A DNA stretch of 64,000 nucleotides from Bryobacterales bacterium. Its GTDB lineage: Bacteria > Acidobacteriota > Terriglobia > Bryobacterales > Bryobacteraceae. The notes below the pieces were generated by a model. That model made no database searches. It saw only the letters and a program-made list of their open reading frames with translations, and was not told the origin of the DNA. Shown here one piece after another: positions 25,482-34,366 of the stretch (within the stretch, counting starts at the first letter, position 1; every line of letters begins with the position of its first letter). The position numbers and the translations under genes are program-made. The stretch is from positions 2,101 to 66,100 of the forward strand of contig JBBROU010000007.1 in NCBI GenBank assembly GCA_038229055.1, read 5' to 3'.

Positions 25482-27710
25482 TCATGGTCCAGCAAACGTG
25501 GCGTCGTGAGTTACGGTGAGTGTGCTTCCCGACAGGACCTCCAACACATGAGTGTTCCACGTCTGGCTCGAGAGTGTGATGGGATCGGGGTTCATGTTGC
25601 CGCTTACAACTCCAAAGACCGGTCCCGTGCCCTCCTTTTTGTAGACATTCACGGCCGCAGGAACGTCGAAATTCAGGTGCACACGCGTTTCAAAATCGAT
25701 GGAACTGTAATAGTGGGTGAAGGGTGCGACGACATGACCCTGACTGGGGGCATCATCGGATGTGGCTGTTTTCAGATCGGCAGAGATGGTGTAGGCATCG
25801 TCGTGATAACGCGGGTCGGTATGCAGCCTGTCGATGGTGAAGTCGGGAAAGTTGGAGATGTGCTGAATGTCGTAAAGCGTATGGGGCGCTGGGAAGACGG
25901 GGGTGGACCCCGGACCCTGCCATCGCTTGAAGTAGCCCTGCATCCATTGCACGAAGGTGTACATCTTTGTAGTGCCAGCCTCGCGCACGGTGAACTTCAT
26001 GTTGATGGACTTCTTGATTCCTCCATCAATATAACCGTTGTCGACGACCGTGAAACTGATCAGGTTGTTTTTGACTTCGAGGCTGGGCGAGGCGGCAGGA
26101 TCGGTAGTCCCGGCCGGTGGCGACGCGGGATCCGGAAAGGCGATGACCCGGTATTTCATGGCGATCGCTGAAGAGAAGGAGGCTAACGGAATTCTTGCCA
26201 AGTCCCGCCACCATTCCAAGGGCATAGCGAAGGTGGCCCCTCCACTGCCGTCCAATTTCAGGGAGGTTTTTCCATCGGTCCAAGAGCTGTAAACCTTTAG
26301 ATTCTGGCGGTCACGCGCGTTCTTGGTCGCGTCCCACGCTCCGGAGATTCCGGGGCCTCCGGCGGGCGTGGAGCCGTCGCGGGTCACCTGCAGATCAAAG
26401 AACTGATTCGGGGGGCCGTCTGTGATGGTGAAGGTAAGGATGGGAAATCCGGAAGGAGTATTGCCCGCCTTATCGACGACTACTGTGATGCTGCCGCTGT
26501 TGGGCACCACCTTCATCTTGCGCAGCTTCAGATTGACCGGATCGGTTTTATCGGTCGGGTTGACGGTGGCGTGGCCGTCGTTCCCATCGGCTAAACCTTC
26601 CTTGAAGGCGCTGACGTGATAGGTTACGCCCTCTTTCAGGTTGACGATTTTGTAGTTTCCGCTGCCATCGGTGGTGACTGCCGCGACACCGGCTTCGGCG
26701 ACCTTTACCGTGGCCCCGGGGATGGGATTGGTGGTGGCGGCGTCGGTCACGGTACCCGCGATGAAGAGTGGGCGCATTTTGAGCGTGGCCGGGACAACGT
26801 CGTTAGGACGGAATTTGGGATCCAGGCCGGCATCGGCGTGTACGAAGCCCTGGTCGATGGTGGATTTCAGATCGTGGTGACCGGACTCGACGAACTTGAA
26901 CTCGAACTCGCCATTACCGCCGCTTTTCACAGAGCCGGATGCCTGTCCATCCAAGGTGACGGTAGCGCCGGAGACGCCGTTTTTGGAGTCATCAGGGTTG
27001 GTGGAATCGACCGCGCGGCCGCGGATGATGCCCCGCGGTTTGACGGTGATTGGGACGTCGGTGACTTGGTTACTGATTACTTTGATCGGGCCGGCGTTGC
27101 CAGGAAGGTTTCCGTCGGCGCTTTCTACTCGAATTGTATAGTCGTCCGCGGGCGGCAGGTTGTCGAAGACGAGCTGACCGTCATCACCAGCTTTGGAGGT
27201 TTGCCCCTGGGAACCGCCTAGGGTGACGGCGGCTTGAGCGAGCGGCGGGGTATCGGTTCCGTACTCGTACGTGACGATCACGTGGATTTTGCCCGGGACA
27301 GGCGTCGTGCCACCGGGCGGAGACGTAGGAGCGGGGCCGCCACCCGGCGTCTCGGTGCTCGCGCCGCAGTGCGAGGCGGGTTCGCCGACATTGCCCTGGC
27401 CCGCATTGGCATCGGCATCCGCGGCGGCCCCGGTTAGGGCAGCGGGAGTGGTATCCGGAGTTGGAGTAGGTGTCGGAGTTGGGGTTGGCGTCGGCGATGG
27501 GGTAGGAGTAGGCGTAGGAGTTGGTGCTGGAGTCGGGGTTGGAGTTGGAGTAGGAGTAGGAGTAGGAGTTGGAGTAGGAGTAGGAGTAGGAGTAGGAGTA
27601 GGGGTTGGAGTAGGAGTAGGGGTTGGAGTAGGAGTAGGGGTTGGAGTAGGAGTAGGAGTAGGAGTCGGCGTGGGTGTTGGAGTCGGCGTGGGTGTGGGAG
27701 TTGGAGGCAT
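25482..27710 (-). CDS. signal-less 742-aa protein: N-terminal (Pro-Thr)n tract, three CarboxypepD_reg-like beta-sandwich domains, unassigned C-terminal ~300 aa
   Basis: Starts MPP(TP)n for ~85 aa. Repeated blocks of the type GATVTLDG…[17 protein letters not shown] and [10 protein letters not shown]…[23 protein letters not shown] are carboxypeptidase-regulatory-like. I could not assign the C-terminal region (…[17 protein letters not shown]…[13 protein letters not shown]…). Confidence 0.65.
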   Translation of the reverse strand: MPPTPTPTPTPTPTPTPTPTPTPTPTPTPTPTPTPTPTPTPTPTPTPTPTPTPTPTPTPTPAPTPTPTPTPSPTPTPTPTPTPTPDTTPAALTGAAADADANAGQGNVGEPASHCGASTETPGGGPAPTSPPGGTTPVPGKIHVIVTYEYGTDTPPLAQAAVTLGGSQGQTSKAGDDGQLVFDNLPPADDYTIRVESADGNLPGNAGPIKVISNQVTDVPITVKPRGIIRGRAVDSTNPDDSKNGVSGATVTLDGQASGSVKSGGNGEFEFKFVESGHHDLKSTIDQGFVHADAGLDPKFRPNDVVPATLKMRPLFIAGTVTDAATTNPIPGATVKVAEAGVAAVTTDGSGNYKIVNLKEGVTYHVSAFKEGLADGNDGHATVNPTDKTDPVNLKLRKMKVVPNSGSITVVVDKAGNTPSGFPILTFTITDGPPNQFFDLQVTRDGSTPAGGPGISGAWDATKNARDRQNLKVYSSWTDGKTSLKLDGSGGATFAMPLEWWRDLARIPLASFSSAIAMKYRVIAFPDPASPPAGTTDPAASPSLEVKNNLISFTVVDNGYIDGGIKKSINMKFTVREAGTTKMYTFVQWMQGYFKRWQGPGSTPVFPAPHTLYDIQHISNFPDFTIDRLHTDPRYHDDAYTISADLKTATSDDAPSQGHVVAPFTHYYSSIDFETRVHLNFDVPAAVNVYKKEGTGPVFGVVSGNMNPDPITLSSQTWNTHVLEVLSGSTLTVTHDATFAGP
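27456..27707 (-). repeat. in-frame hexanucleotide tandem repeat (plus strand GGNGTN; encodes Pro-Thr)
   Basis: Directly visible. It is near-perfect (GGAGTAGGAGTAGGGGTT…) from ~27551 to ~27665 and degenerate at both flanks. It encodes about 40 PT dipeptides at the N-terminus of the 742-aa protein. Confidence 0.95.
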
Positions 27711-27713
27711 GGA

Positions 27714-28718
27714 TTACGACGCCTTCAGGCGCTGGGTGGCCGCTGCATAAAGACCCCTGATTTTAGAGGCTGGTTCGTTGTTGCGGGCGAGAATCTCGGC
27801 TGCCCAGGCATGGCGAGGTTCGGTGTCGAAATCTCTGCCGAAAACAATCATGAGATCGATGAACTTGCAAACATCGCGCTTGGAGGTGATTTTGTGCGCG
27901 GCGGCGCGCGCGATGCCATATTGGATCAGTTCCCGGAGCTGGGGTTCGCCCAACGCGGCGCACTGTTGCGGGAAAAACTTCGTGGCGTGGGTACACATCC
28001 AGTCCTCGAACTTCCGGACCTCCGCCTGTGAGAACGCGGCCATCTGCGCCGCGCGTATGCTGAGAAGGCCGCGGAGGGGCGGTGCGCCGGTGATCTCTTC
28101 GTTGGGGAACGCCAGATCCCCAGCGGGCTCGCGAGTTGGGGTATCCAGTGAAAGAGTTCGCTGCGCCAGTTTGCCTCGGTGGCGGCTGAAATCCAGCATG
28201 TTTCCGGGCGTTTTGCTTTCCGTCCAGAAACGCTCGATGGGGCCGAAGACGTGGCGCAGATCTTCCTCATTGCAGGTGGGCAGATAAACGCGCAGAATAC
28301 GTGGATCGTAGTAGCGGAAAACAAGACGCTGGCCGGCGGGATCGCGAACGATGAGGAAGGTGCGCAGGTGCCGCCGCAGCTTTTCGAGCGACGTATCGGA
28401 GCGGAGGAAGACACCCCAATTGTTGCCCCAAGCCTGCTGGATGAGCCGGCGGGTATCCGGATAATCGTAATCGAGCTGGACGAGGTAGGGAGCGGCGATT
28501 TCGAGCGCCGGGGGCAAGGTTCCGCTGTACAAGCAGGAATAGTTGAGGTGGCATTCGAGCAGCAACCGGAAAACCTGCCGGTCGCGCGCGGCATCGACGA
28601 TCATCCAGATGTCGCGCCGTTCGCCGCGCGGCCAGAGACACTGTTCTATTTGACGGAGCCACTGGCTGGTCATGAGTGATTTTGCGCGGCGACCGCCGCG
28701 TGTTTTTTCTTCTCTCAT
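27714..28718 (-). CDS. DUF4123 domain protein (T6SS effector adaptor/chaperone family) with C-terminal helical extension
   Basis: IWMIVDAARDRQVFRLL…LYSGTLPPALEIAAPYLVQL…GVFLRSDTSLEKLRRHLRTFLIVRDPAGQRLVFRYYDPRILRVYLP matches the DUF4123 core (…PyLv…fRfYDPRvl…). ATGA overlap with the upstream gene. Confidence 0.8.
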   Translation of the reverse strand: MREEKTRGGRRAKSLMTSQWLRQIEQCLWPRGERRDIWMIVDAARDRQVFRLLLECHLNYSCLYSGTLPPALEIAAPYLVQLDYDYPDTRRLIQQAWGNNWGVFLRSDTSLEKLRRHLRTFLIVRDPAGQRLVFRYYDPRILRVYLPTCNEEDLRHVFGPIERFWTESKTPGNMLDFSRHRGKLAQRTLSLDTPTREPAGDLAFPNEEITGAPPLRGLLSIRAAQMAAFSQAEVRKFEDWMCTHATKFFPQQCAALGEPQLRELIQYGIARAAAHKITSKRDVCKFIDLMIVFGRDFDTEPRHAWAAEILARNNEPASKIRGLYAAATQRLKAS

Positions 28719-29251
28719 TCGGGACAGAAAGGCTTGCCCTCCGCGGCGGCGGCCGTCAGGGTGGCTGCCTGCGCGTCGGCATCGGTGTCCGGGCCGAAGG
28801 TTGGGGTATCCTGGGCGGGCAGCGAAGAAGATGAGGACGGCGGTCGCGGCTGCCGCTCGGCTAAGGGAAAGGGAATTTCCCGGGCCGGGCTGGAGGCCGA
28901 AGAACTGGCCTTGCCGCCGGAGCCGAACACGAGGTACGCGGGCGTGGCGTGAACGTGGAACGATCCGGAGCCGAGTAACTGGGCGAGACGATCGATCACC
29001 TCGGAATCCGACAATTTGGTTACATCGGATGAGCCGGCTTCATCGGACAAGAAGCGGCGGATCGCGGTGAGCGCAGCGGCGTCCCCGGTGAATTGGGCGA
29101 GCCATTGCCGGGCACGGGCGTAGTCCTGCAAACGCCTGGTGAGTTCGCAATGGGGACACCCGTTCGCCCGATAGATTTCCGGTTGGTTGGGCCCGAAGCG
29201 GAGCATTCGTCTCTGGAAGTATACGGCAGTTGAGGAGCAGAAACGCGGCAC
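28715..29251 (-). CDS. hypothetical protein (first gene of the DUF4123 operon)
   Basis: CPHC pair near the N-terminus. Helical block AALTAIRRFLSDE…LSDSEVIDRLAQLLGSGSFHV. Ser/Pro-rich linker. Ends …AAAAEGKPFCPE. The start is uncertain; Met16 (MLRFGP) is also possible. Confidence 0.45.
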   Translation of the reverse strand: MPRFCSSTAVYFQRRMLRFGPNQPEIYRANGCPHCELTRRLQDYARARQWLAQFTGDAAALTAIRRFLSDEAGSSDVTKLSDSEVIDRLAQLLGSGSFHVHATPAYLVFGSGGKASSSASSPAREIPFPLAERQPRPPSSSSSLPAQDTPTFGPDTDADAQAATLTAAAAEGKPFCPE

Positions 29252-29333
29252 GAATACTCGGAGCCGGAATCGCTTTGTGTAATTCTAGTTCCGAAATGAG
29301 TTTGGCGATGCCGAGCCAGGCCGCGGCTGTTGT

Positions 29334-29343
29334 TATAATTATA
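29334..29343. promoter_or_regulatory. palindromic TATAATTATA element in the divergent intergenic region (-10-like for argC and/or the DUF4123 operon)
   Basis: AT-rich stretch gttgTTATAATTATAcagagtagtgaataaataacc lies immediately upstream of the argC ATG at 29365. It contains TATAAT on both strands. Confidence 0.3.
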
Positions 29344-29364
29344 CAGAGTAGTGAATAAATAACC

Positions 29365-30357
29365 ATGAACGCCCACGTCGGCATCCTCGGACATCGCGGT
29401 TATAGCGGTGCCGAACTCGCAGCGATTCTTTCCCGCCATACGCAGGTGGCGCCGGTTCTTCTGGATCATCGCGAAGATAACGTGGCGGTGCGCACCGGGC
29501 TGCGACGCGTTCCCTACTCGCCGGATGCCGTCCGAAAAGAGAAGTTCCGCGTCGTGTTCCTGGCCACGCCTCCGGAAGTTTCCATGGACCTGGCACCCGC
29601 ACTGCTTGACGCCGGCGCGATCGTGATCGACCTCAGCGGCGCTTTCCGGCTCGGCACGCCCGACGCCTACGCGCGCTGGTACAAGGCCCCGCACGGTCAG
29701 CCCGCTCTGCTGGCCGAAGCGGCGTATGGCCTGCCTGAATTCTGCCGCGCGATGATCCCCGGCGCGCGGCTCATCGCGAATCCGGGATGCTACCCGACGG
29801 CAGCGAACCTGGCCATCCGTCCTTTGGTCGAAGCCGGTGTTGTCGATGTCGCCGCGGGTATCGTCTGCGATGCGAAATCCGGCGTAAGCGGTGCGGGACG
29901 CAAGCCCAGCCTCACCACTAGCTTTTGCGAAGTCACGGAGAATTTCTCGGCCTACTCCATCCTGCAGCACCGGCATGTACCCGAGATTCTCAGCATCTCC
30001 GGCCTGGAAGAGCGCGATCTCAGCTTCACGGCGCAGCTTCTCCCGATCGACCGAGGCATTCTCGAAACCATTTATTTCCGGTCAAGTAAACTGAGATCCG
30101 CCGCCGACCTTGTCGACCTCTACCGCGCGCGCTTCGCCTCCGAGCCCTTCGTTCGCATTCACGATGAAGGCTCGGTCCCCGACCTGCGGGCCGTCCAGCG
30201 CACTAACTTTTGCGACATTGGCGTCCGCTTCGATGCGGAAACGGGCCGCGGGGTGGTGGTCAGCGCGATTGACAATCTGGTGAAGGGAGCCGCCGGGCAA
30301 GCCGTCCAAAACATGAACCTTGCGCTGGGGTTTCCCGAGACCGCAGGGTTGCTGTAA
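29365..30357 (+). CDS. argC: N-acetyl-gamma-glutamyl-phosphate reductase
   Basis: GHRGYSGAELAAIL at the N-terminus, catalytic Cys in ANPGCYPTAA, and DNLVKGAAGQAVQNMN at the C-terminus. Confidence 0.95.
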   Translation: MNAHVGILGHRGYSGAELAAILSRHTQVAPVLLDHREDNVAVRTGLRRVPYSPDAVRKEKFRVVFLATPPEVSMDLAPALLDAGAIVIDLSGAFRLGTPDAYARWYKAPHGQPALLAEAAYGLPEFCRAMIPGARLIANPGCYPTAANLAIRPLVEAGVVDVAAGIVCDAKSGVSGAGRKPSLTTSFCEVTENFSAYSILQHRHVPEILSISGLEERDLSFTAQLLPIDRGILETIYFRSSKLRSAADLVDLYRARFASEPFVRIHDEGSVPDLRAVQRTNFCDIGVRFDAETGRGVVVSAIDNLVKGAAGQAVQNMNLALGFPETAGLL

Positions 30358-30376
30358 TCGAAGTTCAGGTGGATCC

Positions 30377-31168
30377 ATGAAGATTCTGATTAAACTCGGC
30401 GGCACGTTGATCGATGAACCGGGCAGCCGCGCCAATTTAGCGGCTCAAATCGCGGCTGTGTGCAATGAGGGTCATCAGGCGGTCGTGGTACACGGTGGCG
30501 GCCGGCAGATGACTCGTTTTCTCGAAGAGCGGGGGATTTCGAGCCGCTTTGTGAACGGGCTGCGCGTGACGACACCGGAAATTCTGGACGCAGTGCTGAA
30601 AGTGCTCGCGGGCAGCGTGAATCAGGAGTTGGTGGCGTCACTGATCGGCGCCGGTGTGCTGGCCGTGGGCCTGAGCGGAATCGATGCCGGAATGGTTCGT
30701 GTGGAACAGATGGATCCCGAACTCGGCGCGGTTGGCCGCGTCACGTCCGCGCAACCGGCGCTGCTTGAACTGCTCACCAACTCCGGCTATCTTCCGGTGG
30801 TCGCCTGCGTCGCGGGGGATGGCGCGGGGCGGCTTTTCAACATCAATGCCGACGCAATGGCGGTGGCCTGCGCCGCGGCTTTCCGGGCGGACCGACTGCT
30901 TTTCCTGACCGACGTCGCGGGGGTCCTCGATGCGTCCGGAACCGTTTTGCCGCGCCTATCGCCCGAGGCCATCCGCGGCCTGATCGACACCGGAGTCGCG
31001 CGCGGCGGAATGCACGCCAAGCTGGACGCCGCCGTTCGTGCGCTGCAAGACGGGGTGGGCAGCATCCACATTATCTCCGGGTCGGAGGCTTCGGTTATTC
31101 AGCGGGCAATGCGCGGCGAACTCCTGGGAACCAGCATCAGCCATGCTCCGGCGGAGGTATCCGCATGA
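30377..31168 (+). CDS. argB: acetylglutamate kinase
   Basis: MKILIKLGGTLID…VVVHGGG.QM…GLRVT… . The ATG at 30377 was chosen because the upstream extension overlaps argC. Confidence 0.95.
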   Translation: MKILIKLGGTLIDEPGSRANLAAQIAAVCNEGHQAVVVHGGGRQMTRFLEERGISSRFVNGLRVTTPEILDAVLKVLAGSVNQELVASLIGAGVLAVGLSGIDAGMVRVEQMDPELGAVGRVTSAQPALLELLTNSGYLPVVACVAGDGAGRLFNINADAMAVACAAAFRADRLLFLTDVAGVLDASGTVLPRLSPEAIRGLIDTGVARGGMHAKLDAAVRALQDGVGSIHIISGSEASVIQRAMRGELLGTSISHAPAEVSA

Positions 31169-31779
31169 TCTCCAGCCTTATGGAAGATGCCGTCGAGAAC
31201 GCGCCCTCGGCCGCCATGAATGTTCACATCCGCAAAGCAGCCATGCACGATATCGGCCCGCTGCTTGCGCTGATCAATGGCCATGCCGCGAAGGGCATTA
31301 TGCTGCCCCGGACGGAATTCGAGATGTCCGAGAATATGCGCGATTTCTCCGTGGCTTATTCAGGGGACGAGCTGGTGGGGTGCGGGGCGCTGCATTTTTA
31401 CAGCCCGACGGCGGGTGAAATTCGCTCGCTCGCCGTAGCCGACGACGCCAAGACGCAAGGCATCGGGCGGCTGGTTGTGGAGGCTTTGATTCGCGAAGCG
31501 CGGGACTTCGCTCTTGCGGCGGTGTTCGCTTTCACGTATGTGCCGGGCTTTTTCGGGAAGGCCGGCTTTTCCGAAGTCGAGCGCGGCGAGCTACCTCTCA
31601 AGGCATGGAAAGACTGCCTGCGGTGCCCCAAGTTCCAGTGCTGCGATGAAATCGCAATGCTCCGCGTGCTGGACGCGGCGCGATATCATAAAACCCGCCC
31701 AGAAACCAACGCAAATATCCCGCTTATTGTCGAAGGCGATGGGCTGGTGTTACTGCCGACCGTAAAACCGGCTGACTAA
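31165..31779 (+). CDS. GNAT family N-acetyltransferase (short N-acetylglutamate synthase-like)
   Basis: GCGALHFYSPTAGEIRSLAVADDAKTQGIGRLVVEAL is a GNAT acetyl-CoA motif A. ATGA overlap with argB. The alternative start is Met18 at 31216. Confidence 0.75.
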   Translation: MISSLMEDAVENAPSAAMNVHIRKAAMHDIGPLLALINGHAAKGIMLPRTEFEMSENMRDFSVAYSGDELVGCGALHFYSPTAGEIRSLAVADDAKTQGIGRLVVEALIREARDFALAAVFAFTYVPGFFGKAGFSEVERGELPLKAWKDCLRCPKFQCCDEIAMLRVLDAARYHKTRPETNANIPLIVEGDGLVLLPTVKPAD

Positions 31780-31800
31780 AGTTCTCAAAATTATTTCATT

Positions 31801-31822
31801 TATCTCAACATTTTTTGAGATA
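31801..31822. promoter_or_regulatory. perfect 8-6-8 inverted repeat TATCTCAA-CATTTT-TTGAGATA (operator-like, or a weak hairpin)
   Basis: Seen directly. It sits in the most AT-rich intergenic stretch of the window (31780-31918). A third copy of the half-site, TCTCAAAA, lies at 31783-31790. Confidence 0.35.
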
Positions 31823-31918
31823 TTCTCCGGAATTACTCCTCTTTAGCTGTGTAATGGACTACAATTACGCTAACCGGCGGCGGCCAAAAGCCTCTGCCTG
31901 CGCGCTTTAGGAGAAGTA

Positions 31919-32890
31919 ATGAAACCTCAGACTGTGGACGTCAAGACCTCGACCGGACGGATTCTTTACGGCACTGTTTTCCGTCCGGGCGGAAAAAAGC
32001 TCCTCGGAAAGGGACACGTTATCAGCGACGAAGATATCCGCGTCCTTGAATCCGAAGGTATGGATCGTGTCTGGGTAACGGAACTGGAAGACGGCGAGGT
32101 GGGCGAGGACGATGCCGTATGCGCCGTTGCCAGCGAGATGGGCTGCGGCTGTTACGAAATCAAGTTAGGCGCGGGGGGGCGGGCCAATCTGATCGCGACC
32201 GAAGCCTGTTGCGTGCTGGTGGATGAGGATCTGCTTAAACAGGTAAACTGCACGTCGAGCGTGGTGATTGCGACTTCGCTGAATTTCAGTTTCGCGTTGC
32301 CCGGCCAGCGGATCGCGACCGTGAAGAGCGCTCCGTTCGCAGTGAAAAAATCCGATCTCGACGGGCTGGTGAATATGCTGAAGGACCGCGGTCCTATCCT
32401 GCAGGCCCGCCCCGTGCGTAAGCCCTCGGTCGGTATCCTATACACCGATCCTTTGAGCGGGGAGCGCGCGCGGCTTATGTTCGAAAGCATCATGCGCCAG
32501 CGCCTCGATCACTTCGGCAGCGTTGCGACCTTCGCGCTGTCCTGCGTTGAAGAAGAAACCGCCGTGGCGCGCTCGCTGCAGCATCTGCTCCGCTCCAAAC
32601 CGTCGGCGATCCTGGTTGCATCCACCACAGCTCCCGCGGGGCCGGATGACGTAATCGGCCGCGCGCTGGTGCAAACCGGCGGTCAGATGGAGCGCTTTCT
32701 CGCGCCGGTCGAACCCGGCAACCTGATGCTGCTGTCCTACAAGGACGACATCCCGATCATTTCGGCGCCTGGGTGCTTCCGTTCGGTGAAAGCCAACGTA
32801 GTCGATCTGGTGCTCCCTCCGCTGCTGGCCCGCTATCGCGTGTCTACTTGGGAAATCGGGTGTCTGGGGCACGGCGGCCTGCTGATTTAG
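31919..32890 (+). CDS. molybdopterin-binding (MoCF/MogA-like) domain protein, tentative
   Basis: GGAGAAG RBS upstream of the ATG. The architecture resembles ~330-aa 'molybdopterin-binding protein' families (…ILVASTTAPAGPDDVIGRALV…). Assignment is from memory only. Confidence 0.4.
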   Translation: MKPQTVDVKTSTGRILYGTVFRPGGKKLLGKGHVISDEDIRVLESEGMDRVWVTELEDGEVGEDDAVCAVASEMGCGCYEIKLGAGGRANLIATEACCVLVDEDLLKQVNCTSSVVIATSLNFSFALPGQRIATVKSAPFAVKKSDLDGLVNMLKDRGPILQARPVRKPSVGILYTDPLSGERARLMFESIMRQRLDHFGSVATFALSCVEEETAVARSLQHLLRSKPSAILVASTTAPAGPDDVIGRALVQTGGQMERFLAPVEPGNLMLLSYKDDIPIISAPGCFRSVKANVVDLVLPPLLARYRVSTWEIGCLGHGGLLI

Positions 32891-32923
32891 GCGGCACCGA
32901 AACCTCTCGCCTGATAAAGTAAA

Positions 32924-34345
32924 TTGCGAGGGATTTCGATGCTTCGCCGCCTTTTGCTGCTTTTATTGCTCCTCAATTTTTCGCTGGCTTTCGCGCAAAA
33001 TCCGGCGGGCCAGTGGCTCGGCACCGTGGACGCGGGAGGCATGAAGCTGCGCCTCGTGCTGCATATCGAATCCGCTCCCGCCGGGGGCTTTAAAGCGAAG
33101 CTCGACAGTCTGGACCAAGGCGCGCTCGGAATTCCGGTCGAATCAGTGAAACAGGCCGGCCGCACGGTCAACTTCGAGCTCACCGGCATCGGCGCATCCT
33201 ACTCCGCCGAGCTCAATAGCGAGGGCTCGCAAATGACCGGCACTTGGAAACAGAGCGGCGCGGCGCTTCCCGTCACCTTCAAGCGCAGCGACCAGATTCC
33301 TGAAATTCTGCGGCCTCAGGAGCCTCGCAAGCCCTATCCGTACAAAGAGGAGAACGTTTCCTACTCCAATGCGGCGGCGCATATCCAACTTGCCGGCACG
33401 CTCACTACGCCGCCCGGCACCGGGCCATTCCCGGCGGTTCTGTTGATTACCGGATCGGGACCGCAGAATCGCGACGAGGAACTGCTTGGGCACCGCCCGT
33501 TCCTGATCATCTCAGACCATCTGACGCGCCACGGAATTGCGGTGCTGCGGGTTGACGATCGCGGGGTCGGACAGTCTACCGGTTCCTTCGGCCAGGCCAC
33601 CACGGCAGATTTCGCGACGGACGCGCAGGCGGGGCTCGCGTGGCTGAAGACGCGGCATGAGATCGACCCGGCGCGCGTCGGGTTGGTTGGCCACAGTGAA
33701 GGCGCGATGATCGCTCCCTTGGTCGCGTCGCAACAGAGCGATGTGGCCTTCATCGTGATGCTCGCCGGAACCGGAGTAACGGGTGAGCAGGTTTTAGCTG
33801 AACAGCAGATGCTGATCTCCAAAGCCATGAATGTGCCCGGCTCGGTAGTGGCGCAGAACCGCGCGTTGAACCAGAAGTTTTTCGCGATTCTCCGCGGCGA
33901 AAGCAATCCGGACGAAGCAGGGAAGAAGCTCATGGCCGCGCTGGCCGAGGCGCTCGCTGAAATGCCCGAAGATCAGCGGAAGCTCATGCAGCCGGGCCTC
34001 GAAGCGCAGGTCAAGAGCGCCAATTCTGCGTGGTTCCGCTACTTTCTCGCTTATGATCCCGGTCCCGCGCTGCGCAAAGCGCATTGCCCCGTGCTGGCGA
34101 TGAACGGCGAGTTGGACGCGCAGGTTTCGGCGCAGCAGAACCTTCCCGCGATCGCGAAAGCGCTTGAAGACGGGGGCAATCGCGATTACGAAATCGTCAA
34201 ACTGCCCAAACTGAATCACCTCTTCCAGACAGCGACGACGGGCTCGCCGGGCGAGTACGCGACCATCTCGGAGACCTTTTCACCGGTTGCGCTCGACGTA
34301 ATTTCCGATTGGATCACGCGCCACACGCAACCCGCCGCGAAGTAG
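32924..34345 (+). CDS. secreted alpha/beta hydrolase (S9/dienelactone-hydrolase-like)
   Basis: Signal peptide [16 protein letters not shown]. Nucleophile elbow VGLVGHSEGAM. C-terminal …LPKLNHLFQ contains the His. Confidence 0.8.
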   Translation: MRGISMLRRLLLLLLLLNFSLAFAQNPAGQWLGTVDAGGMKLRLVLHIESAPAGGFKAKLDSLDQGALGIPVESVKQAGRTVNFELTGIGASYSAELNSEGSQMTGTWKQSGAALPVTFKRSDQIPEILRPQEPRKPYPYKEENVSYSNAAAHIQLAGTLTTPPGTGPFPAVLLITGSGPQNRDEELLGHRPFLIISDHLTRHGIAVLRVDDRGVGQSTGSFGQATTADFATDAQAGLAWLKTRHEIDPARVGLVGHSEGAMIAPLVASQQSDVAFIVMLAGTGVTGEQVLAEQQMLISKAMNVPGSVVAQNRALNQKFFAILRGESNPDEAGKKLMAALAEALAEMPEDQRKLMQPGLEAQVKSANSAWFRYFLAYDPGPALRKAHCPVLAMNGELDAQVSAQQNLPAIAKALEDGGNRDYEIVKLPKLNHLFQTATTGSPGEYATISETFSPVALDVISDWITRHTQPAAK

Positions 34346-34366
34346 TGGCATGGGACAATACTTAGC

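Noticed and set aside
27456-27707. Possible CRISPR array or other spaced repeat
   Set aside because: The repeat unit is 6 nt, contiguous and without spacers, and it lies in frame within a CDS. It is a coding microsatellite, not a CRISPR array.
27271-27750. (Gly-Val)n ORF on the plus strand
   Set aside because: It is the mirror image of the Pro-Thr hexanucleotide repeat. It has no start context and overlaps two coupled minus-strand genes.
13991-29251. Mobile-element boundaries (integrase, transposase, tRNA, direct repeats) around the two accessory modules
   Set aside because: I looked at the flanks and intergenic regions of both modules and found no recombinase-like ORF, tRNA-like sequence or obvious terminal repeats. 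No mobile element is claimed.
31823-31918. Possible Moco riboswitch or anti-SD leader upstream of the molybdopterin-binding-like gene
   Set aside because: Only a 5-nt CUCCU/AGGAG complementarity is visible, and I could not find any of the conserved Moco-motif stems. A covariance-model scan (Rfam RF01055) would be needed to revive the idea.
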